Positions 1 through 9,952 of a stretch of 64,000 nt of DNA are shown piece by piece. The translations under genes were made by a program, and so were the position numbers. The notes under the pieces were generated by a model. The model was not told the origin of the DNA, made no database searches, and saw nothing but the letters and a program-made list of their open reading frames with translations. This DNA is from an uncultured delta proteobacterium. Its GTDB lineage: Bacteria; Desulfobacterota; Binatia; UBA9968. The stretch covers positions 96,001-160,000 of the forward strand of contig CAVXEP010000032.1 in the NCBI GenBank assembly GCA_963760795.1, read 5' to 3'. Each line of letters starts with the position of its first letter. The stretch's first letter is position 1.

Positions 1-1
1 C

Positions 2-616
2 GCCCTACTGCAGGTCGGCCATCTGGAACGGTTCAATCCGGCGATTCGCCGCCTCGAAGGCATCATCAAGGATCCGAAGTTCGTCGAATGCCACCGCTTG
101 GCGCCGTTCATCGAGCGCGGCACGGATGTCGATGTGGTCTTGGATCTGATGATCCACGATATCGATGTAATCACCAGTTTGGTGCGCTCGCCGATCCTGC
201 GGGTCGAGTCGGTGGGGGTGCCGGTGTTGACCGAAATGCCGGACATCGCCAATGCGCGGATTACCTTTGAGAACGGTTGCATCGCCAATGTCACCGCCAG
301 CCGGGTGTCGATCAAGCGCGAACGCAAGGTGCGCTTTTTCCAACCGGACGCCTATATCTCCATCGACTACGATCAACGGCGTGCGCAGATCTATCATAAG
401 CCTAAGCCGGGCGCTGGATGGCTCGATATCCGCGCCGAGAATATCGAGATCAAGGATGGCGATGCTCTCGCCGACGAGATCGATTCGTTCCTCGATTGCG
501 CGCGCACGCGAACGCCGCCCTTGGTCGGCGGCACGGAAGCCTTACGGGCTTTGGAAATCGCCTGGACGATCAGCACTCAGCTGGCCAATCTTTCGACACA
601 ACCTGCGCGTGGCTAA
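2..616 (+). CDS. Gfo/Idh/MocA oxidoreductase, GnnA-like (5' end outside window)
   Basis: Frame is open from base 2 (ALLQVGHLERFNPA...), with motifs VVLDLMIHDID and ANVTASR; stop overlaps the lpxB start. Confidence 0.85.
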   Translation, partial: ALLQVGHLERFNPAIRRLEGIIKDPKFVECHRLAPFIERGTDVDVVLDLMIHDIDVITSLVRSPILRVESVGVPVLTEMPDIANARITFENGCIANVTASRVSIKRERKVRFFQPDAYISIDYDQRRAQIYHKPKPGAGWLDIRAENIEIKDGDALADEIDSFLDCARTRTPPLVGGTEALRALEIAWTISTQLANLSTQPARG

Positions 617-1742
617 GCAAACGAAGCAGGTCATGCTGGTGGTTGGCGAAGCATCCGGCGATGTTCACGGCGCTAAGCTGGTGCAAGCCCTGCATCGTCA
701 GGATTCCCGGCTCAAGATCTTCGGTGTCGCCGGCGAACAGCTGCAGAAAACCGATTTCGAGGTGCTGTTTAACGTATCGAAACTAACCGGTATGGGGCTA
801 GTGGAGCTCGCCGGCAACGTGAAAAATATTTGGCGGGCTTACCAATTGCTACGCGCCGCGCTCAAGCAGCGACGGCCCGACCTACTGATCCTCATCGATT
901 TTCCCGACTTCAACCTCCGGCTGGCGCGAGTCGCGAAATCTTTGCGAATTCCCGTGCTCTATTACATCAGTCCGCAAATTTGGGCTTGGCGCCGGGGGCG
1001 GGTGCGCCAGATCGCCAAATCGGTCGACCGGATGGCAGTGGTATTTCCCTTTGAGGTGGACTTTTACCGGCGCCATGGCGTTGATGTGGAGTTTGTCGGC
1101 CATCCATTGTTAGAGACGGTCATCACGACTCGAAGCCGTGACACGGTGCTGGCGCATCATGGCCTCGATCCAACTCAAAAAACCGTGGCCCTGTTGCCCG
1201 GCAGCCGCCATGGCGAGGTCAGCCGCCATCTGCCGGTGATGCTTGCGGCCGCGCTGCAGATGCGCGCCAACGATAATGTTCAATTCTTTTGTCTGCGCGC
1301 GAGCACTATCGATGCTGGCGATTTGACGGCGATGATTGGCGATAGCAAGATTCCTGTCGTTGATCAGGATCGCTATGACGCGGTGCGGGCGGCCGACCTG
1401 GTTTGGACGGCGTCGGGCACGGCGACTCTCGAAACCGCGCTCCTGAGTCGGCCCATGGTGATCATCTACCGCGTGTCATGGCTGACTTATTGGATTGCCC
1501 GGCTCCTGGTCCGAGTGGACCATATCGGCATGGTCAATCTGCTTGCCGGAAAGCGTCTGGTGCCGGAGCTAATCCAGGGCGAGGTCAATCCGCAGCGCCT
1601 CATCGCCGAAAGCCGCCGATTGTTAACTGACGACATACTGCGCGCGGGCATCGTCGCAGAACTTACCCGGCTGCGCGAGCGGTTGGGCTCGCTGGGCGCC
1701 GCCGACCGTGTGGCGGCGATAGCAACCGGCATGATGGCGTGA
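609..1742 (+). CDS. lpxB: Lipid-A-disaccharide synthase
   Basis: GEASGDxHG, IDFPDFN, YYISPQIWAWR, LLPGSR and SGTATLE motifs; GTG start at 609 chosen within ORF 252..1742. Confidence 0.95.
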   Translation: MAKQTKQVMLVVGEASGDVHGAKLVQALHRQDSRLKIFGVAGEQLQKTDFEVLFNVSKLTGMGLVELAGNVKNIWRAYQLLRAALKQRRPDLLILIDFPDFNLRLARVAKSLRIPVLYYISPQIWAWRRGRVRQIAKSVDRMAVVFPFEVDFYRRHGVDVEFVGHPLLETVITTRSRDTVLAHHGLDPTQKTVALLPGSRHGEVSRHLPVMLAAALQMRANDNVQFFCLRASTIDAGDLTAMIGDSKIPVVDQDRYDAVRAADLVWTASGTATLETALLSRPMVIIYRVSWLTYWIARLLVRVDHIGMVNLLAGKRLVPELIQGEVNPQRLIAESRRLLTDDILRAGIVAELTRLRERLGSLGAADRVAAIATGMMA

Positions 1743-3520
1743 AAAAAATCGAACGAATCAATTCAGTGAAAACCTACCGCCGTTTGTTGCAGTTCTTAAA
1801 GCCGTATATCTGGCCCTATTTCGTTTTGGCGATGATTTGTATGGTGGCGTTCGGCGCCACCGATGGTTCGATTCCATTTCTGGTACAGCCGATCATGGAC
1901 GATGTGTTCGGCAAGCGCGATCAAGCCATGCTGAACTTAATTCCTTTTCTGGTGATCGGTCTGTTCGCGTTTCGCGGCTTGATGAACTTTGGCCAAAGCT
2001 ATCTCACCGACTATGTCGGCCTGCGCATTATCAACGATGTGCGCAATGCCCTCAATCGCCACTTCCAATCGCTGTCGCTGTCGTTTTTCTACCGCCATCC
2101 CACCGGAACGCTGATCTCCCGGGTCAACAGCGACGTCGTCTTGCTGCGCTTCGCGATCACTGATGCGTTGGCGTCGTTTCTCAAAGATACCACGTCGCTG
2201 ATCGCTCTGGTCACGGTCGCGTTCCTCAAGGATTGGGTGCTCGCTTCGATCGCCTTTTTCGTATTTCCCGCTTCCGTGCTGCCGATCATCCGACTGAGCA
2301 GGAACATCAAAAAATTTACCAAGCGCGGGCAAGTGAGCACCGGTAGGCTCACCGTGCTGTTGCAAGAGAGCATTCAGGGCAACCGCATTGTCAAAGCTTT
2401 CGGCATGGAAGATTACGAAGACCGGCGCTTCATGGCGGAGAACTGGCGGCTCTTCAAAGATTCACTGCGCGCCAGCCGGATCAAGTCGATCGTTGCGCCG
2501 TCGATGGAGCTGTTGGCTTCGTTCGGCATTGGCGGCGTGGTTTGGTACGGCGGGTGGAGCGTTATCGGCGGCGGGCGCACGCAAGGCGAATTCTTTGCTT
2601 TCATGGCGGCGATGTTTTTGATGTATGCGCCTTTTAAAGGGCTGAGCCGCACTTACACGGCGGTCCATCAGGGACTTGCGGGCGCCGAACGAGTCTTCGA
2701 AATACTCGACGAGAAACCGGAGATTAGCGACAAGCCGGGAGCCCGACTTGCCAAACCGTTCGCGGGCAAAATCGATCTGCAAAATGTCAGCTTCGCCTAT
2801 GGCGAAACTCCGGTACTCAAAAATATCGATCTCACCGTCGACGCCGGCCAAATGGTCGCCTTGGTGGGCATGAGCGGCGTCGGTAAAAGCACCCTGGTCG
2901 ACTTGATTCCACGCTTTTACGACGTCAACTCCGGCCGGATTCTGGTCGACGGCGTGGATATTCGCGAGCTCACGGTGCAATCGCTGCGCGGGCAAATCGG
3001 CATCGTCACCCAGCACACTTTCTTGTTCAACGATAGCATCCGAAACAATATCGCCTACGGCGATCCCGAGCGCGATATGACGGCGATCATCGCAGCGGCC
3101 AAGGCGGCCCATGCCCATGAGTTCATCACCGCCATGCCTAACGGTTACGATTCGGAGATCGGTGAAATGGGCTTGCAGCTCTCCGGCGGCCAGCGCCAAC
3201 GCATCGCGATCGCGCGGGCGTTATTGAAAGATGCGCCGATCCTAATCCTTGACGAAGCGACTTCATCGCTGGATGCCGATTCCGAACGTTCGGTTCAGGA
3301 AGCGCTGGAAACTTTGATGAGCACGCGAACGACCATCGTGATCGCGCACCGGTTGTCGACGATTCGCAAGGCCGACCGGATCGTCGTCATGGTCGACGGC
3401 GCCATCGCTGAAGAAGGCACCCATGACGAGCTGTTGGCGCAGGATCGCGAGTACAGCCGGCTGTACTCGCTGCAATTACTCGAAAATCGCCAAGTGAACG
3501 AAATCGAATTGGTGCACTAG
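1739..3520 (+). CDS. msbA: Lipid A export ABC permease/ATPase
   Basis: TM domain plus Walker A GMSGVGKST, LSGGQRQR and ILILDEATS; lies between lpxB and waaA. Confidence 0.92.
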   Translation: MKKIERINSVKTYRRLLQFLKPYIWPYFVLAMICMVAFGATDGSIPFLVQPIMDDVFGKRDQAMLNLIPFLVIGLFAFRGLMNFGQSYLTDYVGLRIINDVRNALNRHFQSLSLSFFYRHPTGTLISRVNSDVVLLRFAITDALASFLKDTTSLIALVTVAFLKDWVLASIAFFVFPASVLPIIRLSRNIKKFTKRGQVSTGRLTVLLQESIQGNRIVKAFGMEDYEDRRFMAENWRLFKDSLRASRIKSIVAPSMELLASFGIGGVVWYGGWSVIGGGRTQGEFFAFMAAMFLMYAPFKGLSRTYTAVHQGLAGAERVFEILDEKPEISDKPGARLAKPFAGKIDLQNVSFAYGETPVLKNIDLTVDAGQMVALVGMSGVGKSTLVDLIPRFYDVNSGRILVDGVDIRELTVQSLRGQIGIVTQHTFLFNDSIRNNIAYGDPERDMTAIIAAAKAAHAHEFITAMPNGYDSEIGEMGLQLSGGQRQRIAIARALLKDAPILILDEATSSLDADSERSVQEALETLMSTRTTIVIAHRLSTIRKADRIVVMVDGAIAEEGTHDELLAQDREYSRLYSLQLLENRQVNEIELVH

Positions 3521-3535
3521 GAAGCCGGCTGACTG

Positions 3536-4831
3536 ATGTGGCTTCTTGGCTATAATATCCTTCTCACCCTGGTGTTTTTGCTAACCTTGCCGTTCACGCC
3601 ATTATTGCAATTTATCGGCAAACGATTCAGCGCGGGACTGGCACAGCGCTTGGGTTATTTTCCGCAAGCTCAGGTGCGGGCCATAGCGGCGTCCAGGCCG
3701 GTGTGGATTCATGCCTCGTCGGTAGGCGAAGTGGGTTCGGTCGACGCCCTGGTGCACGAGTTGAAAAATCGCCATCCCGAGCAGCGCATAGTGCTCTCGA
3801 CGTTCACCGCCACCGGTAATGAAACCGCGCAGAAGTTTGCCGGAGTCGATGCGGTTATTTATTTACCCTTGGATTTTTGGTGGACTGTCAGGCGTGCCTT
3901 GACCCAGTGGAACCCGTCATTGATGCTTTTTGTCGAGACCGAGATCTGGCCCAACTTGATGAGCGAATGCTTTCGCCGCGGCATCCCGACGGTTCTAGTA
4001 AGCGGCCGCTTGTCGGCACGGTCCTTTCCTCGCTACGAAAGATTCGGCGGTTTTTTTCGCCAAGTGCTGCGGCGGTTCGCCGCCATTGGCATGCAGACCC
4101 GCGAAGACGCGGCGCGGATCGTTAGACTTGGCGCCGATGCCAATAAAGTGTCGGTGGTCGGTAGTCTCAAATGGGCCGGAGCGGCGCCGCAGTCGTCGCG
4201 ATTCACCGATGTGCCGCGGCATGGCAAAAAACTTCTGATCGCCGGCAGCACCCATGCGGGCGAAGAGCAGGTGCTGCTAGCGAGTTTCGCCGCGCTGCGG
4301 CCACGCTTTCCCGAGCTGTCGATGGTCTTAGCACCGCGCCATCCCGAGCGGTTTGCCGAAGTTGAGGCGCTCTTGCGGGGTAGCGGCTTTAGCTGGTGCC
4401 GCCGGAGTGTCGCCGCGGATGATCGGTTATTTGAAAAGGACATTTTGCTTCTCGATACGGTCGGCGAGCTCAGTGAATTTTTTGCTGTGGGCGATGTCGC
4501 TTTTGTCGGCGGCAGTTTGGTCGATGTCGGCGGCCATAATATTCTCGAACCGGCGCGGTCTGGCAAAGCGATACTTTTCGGTCCCTACATGACCAATATG
4601 CAGGCCGTTGCCGAGGAGTTCAAAGCCCAAGGTGCCGCCGTCGAAGTCGCCAACGGTCATGCCTTGTCAGCCACGTTGGCGAACTTGTTATTGGACGATG
4701 CCAAGCGCATCGGCATGGGCCGCCTTGCCCTGGCGGCTTCGGCCAATGGTGACGCCGCGGTTCAACGTAACTACACCTTGGCGGCGCGCTATTTGTCAGA
4801 TTCGCTAGTTTCCGCGGCGCCAGTTGGATAG
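3536..4831 (+). CDS. waaA: Kdo transferase
   Basis: WIHASSVGE, ETEIWPN, AGSTH, APRHPERF and GGHNILEPA motifs. Confidence 0.95.
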   Translation: MWLLGYNILLTLVFLLTLPFTPLLQFIGKRFSAGLAQRLGYFPQAQVRAIAASRPVWIHASSVGEVGSVDALVHELKNRHPEQRIVLSTFTATGNETAQKFAGVDAVIYLPLDFWWTVRRALTQWNPSLMLFVETEIWPNLMSECFRRGIPTVLVSGRLSARSFPRYERFGGFFRQVLRRFAAIGMQTREDAARIVRLGADANKVSVVGSLKWAGAAPQSSRFTDVPRHGKKLLIAGSTHAGEEQVLLASFAALRPRFPELSMVLAPRHPERFAEVEALLRGSGFSWCRRSVAADDRLFEKDILLLDTVGELSEFFAVGDVAFVGGSLVDVGGHNILEPARSGKAILFGPYMTNMQAVAEEFKAQGAAVEVANGHALSATLANLLLDDAKRIGMGRLALAASANGDAAVQRNYTLAARYLSDSLVSAAPVG

Positions 4832-4860
4832 GATAAATGGAGCACTCGATTTAGCGTGCT

Positions 4861-5955
4861 ATGGCTAGTTTAACGGTGCGAGGGGTGTGGGAGCGGAGTG
4901 GTTTCGCTGGCAAGCTGCTGGGAAGCCTATTATGGCCGGCGTCGATGGGCTATTCCGTGGTCGCGCAACTGCGCAATGCCTTGTTTACTCGGGGATGGAT
5001 CAAGTCGGTTCGCTTGCCCAGGCCGGTGATCAGCATCGGCAACTTGACGGTCGGCGGCACTGGCAAGACGCCGACATGTCTTTGGCTCGCCGGTGAGTTG
5101 CGCCGCCAGGGCCTAAAAGTGGCGATCCTGAGCCGGGGATACCGGCGCAAGGAAACTCAGCCGGTGATCTTGCAACCGTGCAAACTGAGCGGTGACATGG
5201 CGGAGAACGAGGAGGAGCTGGCGCAGGCTGGCGACGAACCGTTGATGATGGCGCGGCTCTACAAGCAGACCGTGGGTGTCGGCAAGGACCGCGTGCAATC
5301 GGCGCATGAATTGTTGCGCCACGAAAATAATATAGATGCGTTTATCCTCGACGATGGCTTCCAGCATCGTCATATCAAACGCGATGTCGATCTAGTGCTG
5401 CTTGGCAACGACTGTTCCGGTGCCGTGCTGCCGGCGGGTCCGTTTCGCGAGCCGCAGCGCAACTTGCAACGTGGCGATTTTTGGCTGGTCACCGGGGCGG
5501 AGGCGCATTGGCGCCGTTACTTGCCGAGTGACCGTTCCAGCGCGGTTTTTACCGGTGCGTTGCAACCCTTGGATCTGATCACCTACGATGCCCGCCGCTG
5601 GAAGCGCTATCCGTTGACCGTGCTGCATCATAGCAAGATCCTGACGGTTGCAGGGATCGCCAATCCTCAAAACTTTTACCAGTCGATCCATGAGTGGGAA
5701 GGGCAAATCGTCCATACCTTGGAGTTTCCGGATCACCATGTTTACAGCGCCAAGGACTGGCAGGAGATTAGCAGGATGGCACGGTTGGTCGATTTGATCG
5801 TTACCACCGAGAAAGATATTCTCAAATTGATTGGATTTCCCTTCGCGCGCGATAAACTGCTGGCGCTCAGGGTTGGTATGGAGGTCGCCGGCGGCGATAA
5901 ACTGGTGTCGGCGCTGGCCGCCAGGATTCGTCAAGCGCGTTGCCGCGAACCATGA
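4861..5955 (+). CDS. lpxK: Tetraacyldisaccharide 4'-kinase
   Basis: ISIGNLTVGGTGKTP, LSRGY, GDEP, LDDGFQH, FPDHH and TTEKD motifs. Confidence 0.95.
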   Translation: MASLTVRGVWERSGFAGKLLGSLLWPASMGYSVVAQLRNALFTRGWIKSVRLPRPVISIGNLTVGGTGKTPTCLWLAGELRRQGLKVAILSRGYRRKETQPVILQPCKLSGDMAENEEELAQAGDEPLMMARLYKQTVGVGKDRVQSAHELLRHENNIDAFILDDGFQHRHIKRDVDLVLLGNDCSGAVLPAGPFREPQRNLQRGDFWLVTGAEAHWRRYLPSDRSSAVFTGALQPLDLITYDARRWKRYPLTVLHHSKILTVAGIANPQNFYQSIHEWEGQIVHTLEFPDHHVYSAKDWQEISRMARLVDLIVTTEKDILKLIGFPFARDKLLALRVGMEVAGGDKLVSALAARIRQARCREP

Positions 5956-6545
5956 CACCGGCGAAACTCCAACCGGCGGTATTTCTCGACCGCGACGGCA
6001 CGTTAATTCGTGAAGTGGGCTATCTTTGCCGTCCGGATCAGATCGAACTGTTAGATGGCGTACCGGCGGCGATCCGCGCCTTGCGCGACGGCGGTTTTAA
6101 GACGGTGGTGGTGACCAACCAGTCCGCGGTGGCGCGCGGCTGGCTCAGCGAAGCGGGGTTAATGCAAATTCATCGGCTTCTTCTAGACAAACTGGCGCAG
6201 CAGGGAGCGCTGTTGGACGCGATCTATTATTGCCCGCATCATCCGAGCGAGGGCATCGACGGCTATCGGCTGGCCTGCGATTGCCGTAAACCCAAGCCAG
6301 GGATGATCCATCGTGCAGCCAACGATCTGGCCTTGGCGCCAAAGCGATCCTATATGGTGGGCGATCAGAATATCGATCGCGAGCTCGCCCTGCGGGTGGG
6401 GGCGACCCCTGTCTTAGTGCGCAGCAACGGGGAGCAGCTGCTGGTCGACGATGTTTCTCAAATAACGGTTTTTGACAACCTAAAATTAGCCGCCGACTGG
6501 ATCTTGGCGCGCCCTCAGGCGCCGATTGAGTATACTGATCTATGA
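5952..6545 (+). CDS. gmhB: D-glycero-D-manno-heptose 1,7-bisphosphate phosphatase
   Basis: FLDRDGT, VTNQS, YYCPHHP...CDCRKPKPG and MVGD HAD motifs. Confidence 0.92.
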   Translation: MTPAKLQPAVFLDRDGTLIREVGYLCRPDQIELLDGVPAAIRALRDGGFKTVVVTNQSAVARGWLSEAGLMQIHRLLLDKLAQQGALLDAIYYCPHHPSEGIDGYRLACDCRKPKPGMIHRAANDLALAPKRSYMVGDQNIDRELALRVGATPVLVRSNGEQLLVDDVSQITVFDNLKLAADWILARPQAPIEYTDL

Positions 6546-7483
6546 AGTCTGTCGTTACCGGTGCTGCCGGATTTATCGGTTCCCATCTAGTTGAAAAGCT
6601 GCTCGGCGCTGGCCACGACGTGGTCGGTGTCGATAACTTTCTCGACAACTATCCACGCCATTTTAAAGAGAACAATCTGGCCGCCTTCCGCGACCACGCG
6701 AAATTTACCTTCGTCAACGAGGATCTCACGCGGACCGATCTCAAAGCTTTACTGCGCGACGTCGGCTATGTGTTTCATCTCGCCGGCCAGCCTGGCGTGC
6801 GCTCGAGCTGGGGCAGCGAGTTTTCGCGCTACACGGAGAACAATATCAGCGCCACGCAGCTGCTGCTCGAAGCAGCCAAGGATCTCAACCTCGGCAAATT
6901 CGTGTACGCCTCGACCTCATCGGTCTATGGCGATACCACCGATTTGCCAATGCGCGAAGATGGTTTAACGCGGCCGGTGTCACCCTACGGCGCCACCAAG
7001 TTGGCCGCCGAGCATCTTTGCCATCTTTACTGCAAAGCCTACGGCGTTCCCACCGTGGCACTGCGCTTCTTTACGGTTTACGGACCACGCCAGCGGCCCG
7101 ATATGTTTTTTCATATTTTCATGCGCGCGCTATTGAACGGCGATGACGTGCCGCTCTACGACGATGGCGAGCAGACCCGCGATTTTACGTTTTGTTCGGA
7201 CATCGTCGACGGACTGTTCGACGCAGCGCACTATGCCGCCCAGGGAGAAGTGTTCAATCTCGGCGGCGGCTCGCAAGTGAGCTTGCTCACGGCCATCGCC
7301 GTGGCGGAAAAGATCGCCGGGATCAAGGCCAAGCTCCAGCGCTTCGACCGCCAGCGCGGCGATGTCCGCCATACCAGCGCGCAGTTGGACCAAGCGCGCG
7401 AGAAATTGAACTATCGGCCGCAGGTCGGTTTGGCAGAGGGACTGAAACAAGAATGGCAGTGGATTCATTCACTGGGGAGGTAA
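6542..7483 (+). CDS. NAD-dependent nucleotide-sugar epimerase (UDP-glucuronate 4-epimerase-like)
   Basis: TGAAGFIGS, HLAGQPGVR, YGATK and RFFTVYGPRQRPDM motifs. Confidence 0.85.
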   Translation: MKSVVTGAAGFIGSHLVEKLLGAGHDVVGVDNFLDNYPRHFKENNLAAFRDHAKFTFVNEDLTRTDLKALLRDVGYVFHLAGQPGVRSSWGSEFSRYTENNISATQLLLEAAKDLNLGKFVYASTSSVYGDTTDLPMREDGLTRPVSPYGATKLAAEHLCHLYCKAYGVPTVALRFFTVYGPRQRPDMFFHIFMRALLNGDDVPLYDDGEQTRDFTFCSDIVDGLFDAAHYAAQGEVFNLGGGSQVSLLTAIAVAEKIAGIKAKLQRFDRQRGDVRHTSAQLDQAREKLNYRPQVGLAEGLKQEWQWIHSLGR

Positions 7484-7486
7484 ACC

Positions 7487-8347
7487 ATGGGCGACTATAG
7501 CGAAGAGGACATCGGCAATATCGTTTCACTTGAACATGTCAACGTGCAGATCCCCGATCAGAGCCTGGCGACGTTATTCTATGTCGTGGGCTTGGGTTGC
7601 ACCCGCGATCCGTATCTCAACGTCGGCCTCAACAACATGTGGGCCAACATCGGCGAGCAGCAGTTTCACCTGCCGACGCGCAGTCCGCAGGTGATCGATG
7701 GTTATATCGGCCTGGTGGTGCCGCACTTGGAAGGTTTGGCGAAGCGTTTGGAAGCGGTCGCCGATGGGCTCAAGGGAACCCAGTTCGCTTATCGACAAGA
7801 CGGCGATCACATGATCGTTACTTGTCCCTGGGGCAATCGCTACCGTTGCCACGCCAGTCAAGCGGAGTTCGGCGATATGGCCTCGGGCATGCCTTATGTT
7901 GAGTTCGCAGTGCCGCGCGGCGCCATGGCGGGAATCTTGCGCTTCTACCAAACGGCATTGGGCGCGCCGACCGTGGTCGAGTCGGACGGCCAGGGTGAAT
8001 TTGGCAGGGTGAAGATCGGCCGGCATCAGTCGCTGTTGTTCCGCGAAACCGACCGGCCACTCAGAGCCTACGACGGTCACCATATCGCCATTTATGTGGC
8101 GAATTTTTCCAGTCCCTATGGGTTTTTGCAAAGCCGCGGCGGGATATCGGAAGATGTGCGTAACCACCAATTTCGCTTTAAAAATATCGTCGACCCCGTC
8201 GACGGCAGTGCCAAGTTCTCTCTAGAACATGAAGTGCGATCGCTGCGCCATCCGATGTATAACCGTTTCTTCGTCAATCGCGATGTCACTCAAAGCCAGC
8301 GCACTTACCGGCGCGGCTGGGATGCCTACACGCCGTATCTGCGCTAG
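7487..8347 (+). CDS. Hypothetical protein, possible VOC/glyoxalase-like fold
   Basis: 286-aa ORF with GGAGG RBS; LEHVNVQIPD...FY and HHIAIYV motifs resemble VOC metal-binding strands. Confidence 0.7.
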   Translation: MGDYSEEDIGNIVSLEHVNVQIPDQSLATLFYVVGLGCTRDPYLNVGLNNMWANIGEQQFHLPTRSPQVIDGYIGLVVPHLEGLAKRLEAVADGLKGTQFAYRQDGDHMIVTCPWGNRYRCHASQAEFGDMASGMPYVEFAVPRGAMAGILRFYQTALGAPTVVESDGQGEFGRVKIGRHQSLLFRETDRPLRAYDGHHIAIYVANFSSPYGFLQSRGGISEDVRNHQFRFKNIVDPVDGSAKFSLEHEVRSLRHPMYNRFFVNRDVTQSQRTYRRGWDAYTPYLR

Positions 8348-8396
8348 GCTCAGGTTCATTCGAGTGTGAATGCAAGCTAAATTGGAGGCTGTATCC

Positions 8397-8564
8397 ATGG
8401 CAATCAGTAAAGATCTGCTCGACATTCTCGCCTGTCCCAAATGCAAAGGGGACATCCATCTCAATGATCAAGGCGACGGGCTGGTTTGTCAGTCCTGCCG
8501 GCTGATGTACGCGATCAAAGACGATATTCCGGTGATGTTGATCGACGAGGCGGTGCCGGTCTAA
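8397..8564 (+). CDS. Trm112/YcaR family protein
   Basis: LLDILACPKCKG...LVCQSC..YAIKDDIPVML; GGAGG RBS. Confidence 0.92.
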   Translation: MAISKDLLDILACPKCKGDIHLNDQGDGLVCQSCRLMYAIKDDIPVMLIDEAVPV

Positions 8565-8567
8565 AAA

Positions 8568-9683
8568 ATGCTCGCAGTGAATTGGGACAATGTGCTGGTT
8601 TTGCAGACGAGCTTTCTCGGCGACTTGGTGTTGACGTTGCCCTTGATCGCCGAAATCAGGAGCAGATTTCCGGTCAGAAAACTGTCGCTGATGTGCACCC
8701 CGCTCGGTCGAGAACTCTTGCAGGATCATCCGGCGATCGATGAGATCCTCGTCGACGATAAGAAAAGAACGCATCGCGGCTGGCGCGGTTTGACCGCGCA
8801 AGCGGCATTACTGCGGCAGCAACGGTTTACCGTAGCCCTGACGCCGCATAAGTCGGCGCGCAGCGCTTTCATGCTCTATCGAGCGAACATTCCGCAACGA
8901 ATCGGCTTTCGCCAGAGCAAGGGTTGGTTTTTCTTTCATCATTGCGCCGAGCGCGATCCCGCCCGTCATGATGTCGAGCGGAACTTATCGGTTTTGCAGC
9001 CCCTGGGGGTGCGTGTGCAAGATTGTGCTCGGGAGCTCGAGCTGCCGCCGCGCCGGCAAATCGACGATGCCGTCGCCGATAAACTGCGGCAACTCGGTGT
9101 CGTTGACGGCAAACCGGCCATCGGCGTAAATTCCGGCTCGATCTGGCCGACCAAGCGCTGGTGGCTGGAAGGGTTCGCCGAGTTCATTGGACTAGTAAAG
9201 GCAAAGCTCGATTGTCAGGTTTTACTTTTCGGCGCCCCGGAAGATGCCGATGGGGTCAAGCGATTGTTAGAGCGCAGCGGCGGCGCGGCGCTCGACCTTG
9301 CCGGCAAGTTCAGTTTGCGCGAGCTACCCGCCGCCATCGGGCGCTGCCAGGTTTTTGTCACCAACGACAGCGGCCCGATGCATATCGCCGTGGCACGCAA
9401 GGTGCCGACGGTGGCGCTATTCTGTGCGACCACGCCAGACCTGGGGTTCTATCCTTACAGCGGCAATGCCATCGTTATTCAGAAACAGCTCGGCTGCCGT
9501 CCCTGTACGTCCCATGGCGGCAGAAGGTGTCCGTTGGTGCACGAGAATTGCATTCGCCAGATTCGAGCTCAAACGGTTTTAGCGGCCGTGGAAAAACTTC
9601 TCGCTGGCCAGGCCAGCGGGAAATCACGAGCGCTTTCTGCCGGAATTTCTCACCGCTTAAATTTACTTCCATCGCCAGGTTAA
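8568..9683 (+). CDS. waaF: LPS heptosyltransferase II (GT9)
   Basis: QTSFLGDLVLT, PHKSARS, WPTKRW and NDSGPMHIA motifs; true stop may be 9660 if a +1 error lies near 9621. Confidence 0.85.
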   Translation: MLAVNWDNVLVLQTSFLGDLVLTLPLIAEIRSRFPVRKLSLMCTPLGRELLQDHPAIDEILVDDKKRTHRGWRGLTAQAALLRQQRFTVALTPHKSARSAFMLYRANIPQRIGFRQSKGWFFFHHCAERDPARHDVERNLSVLQPLGVRVQDCARELELPPRRQIDDAVADKLRQLGVVDGKPAIGVNSGSIWPTKRWWLEGFAEFIGLVKAKLDCQVLLFGAPEDADGVKRLLERSGGAALDLAGKFSLRELPAAIGRCQVFVTNDSGPMHIAVARKVPTVALFCATTPDLGFYPYSGNAIVIQKQLGCRPCTSHGGRRCPLVHENCIRQIRAQTVLAAVEKLLAGQASGKSRALSAGISHRLNLLPSPG

Positions 9684-9952
9684 CATCTGCTAGCCTGGAT
9701 TATTCGTGGTGCAGCCGCGATCGAGCCGAAACCCTACCGGAGCTAAGGCAAAGCGGGCTGCCTTGATGAGACAATGGGGCGATCTGCTGTGAAACCGCCT
9801 GTGAATAGGTCAAGCCGCTTGCCGAGTGCCGATCACGACGATGAAACATTTGGCGCCGATGCCTTCGCGCCTACAGGGTTCCACCTCGATCGACACTCTG
9901 TCGGCACTTTCCAGATAGCATGAATACTCCAGGCTAGACTGTTCCCGCCGGT

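Noticed and set aside
6542-7483. Calling the epimerase hldD (rfaD)
   Set aside because: The HLAGQPGVR and GPRQRPDM motifs fit UDP-uronate epimerase-like SDRs, not HldD
9684-9952. 270-bp gap in the LPS operon as an ncRNA or leader
   Set aside because: No convincing structure or motif; it could be a promoter region or an error-broken 5' extension of the kinase
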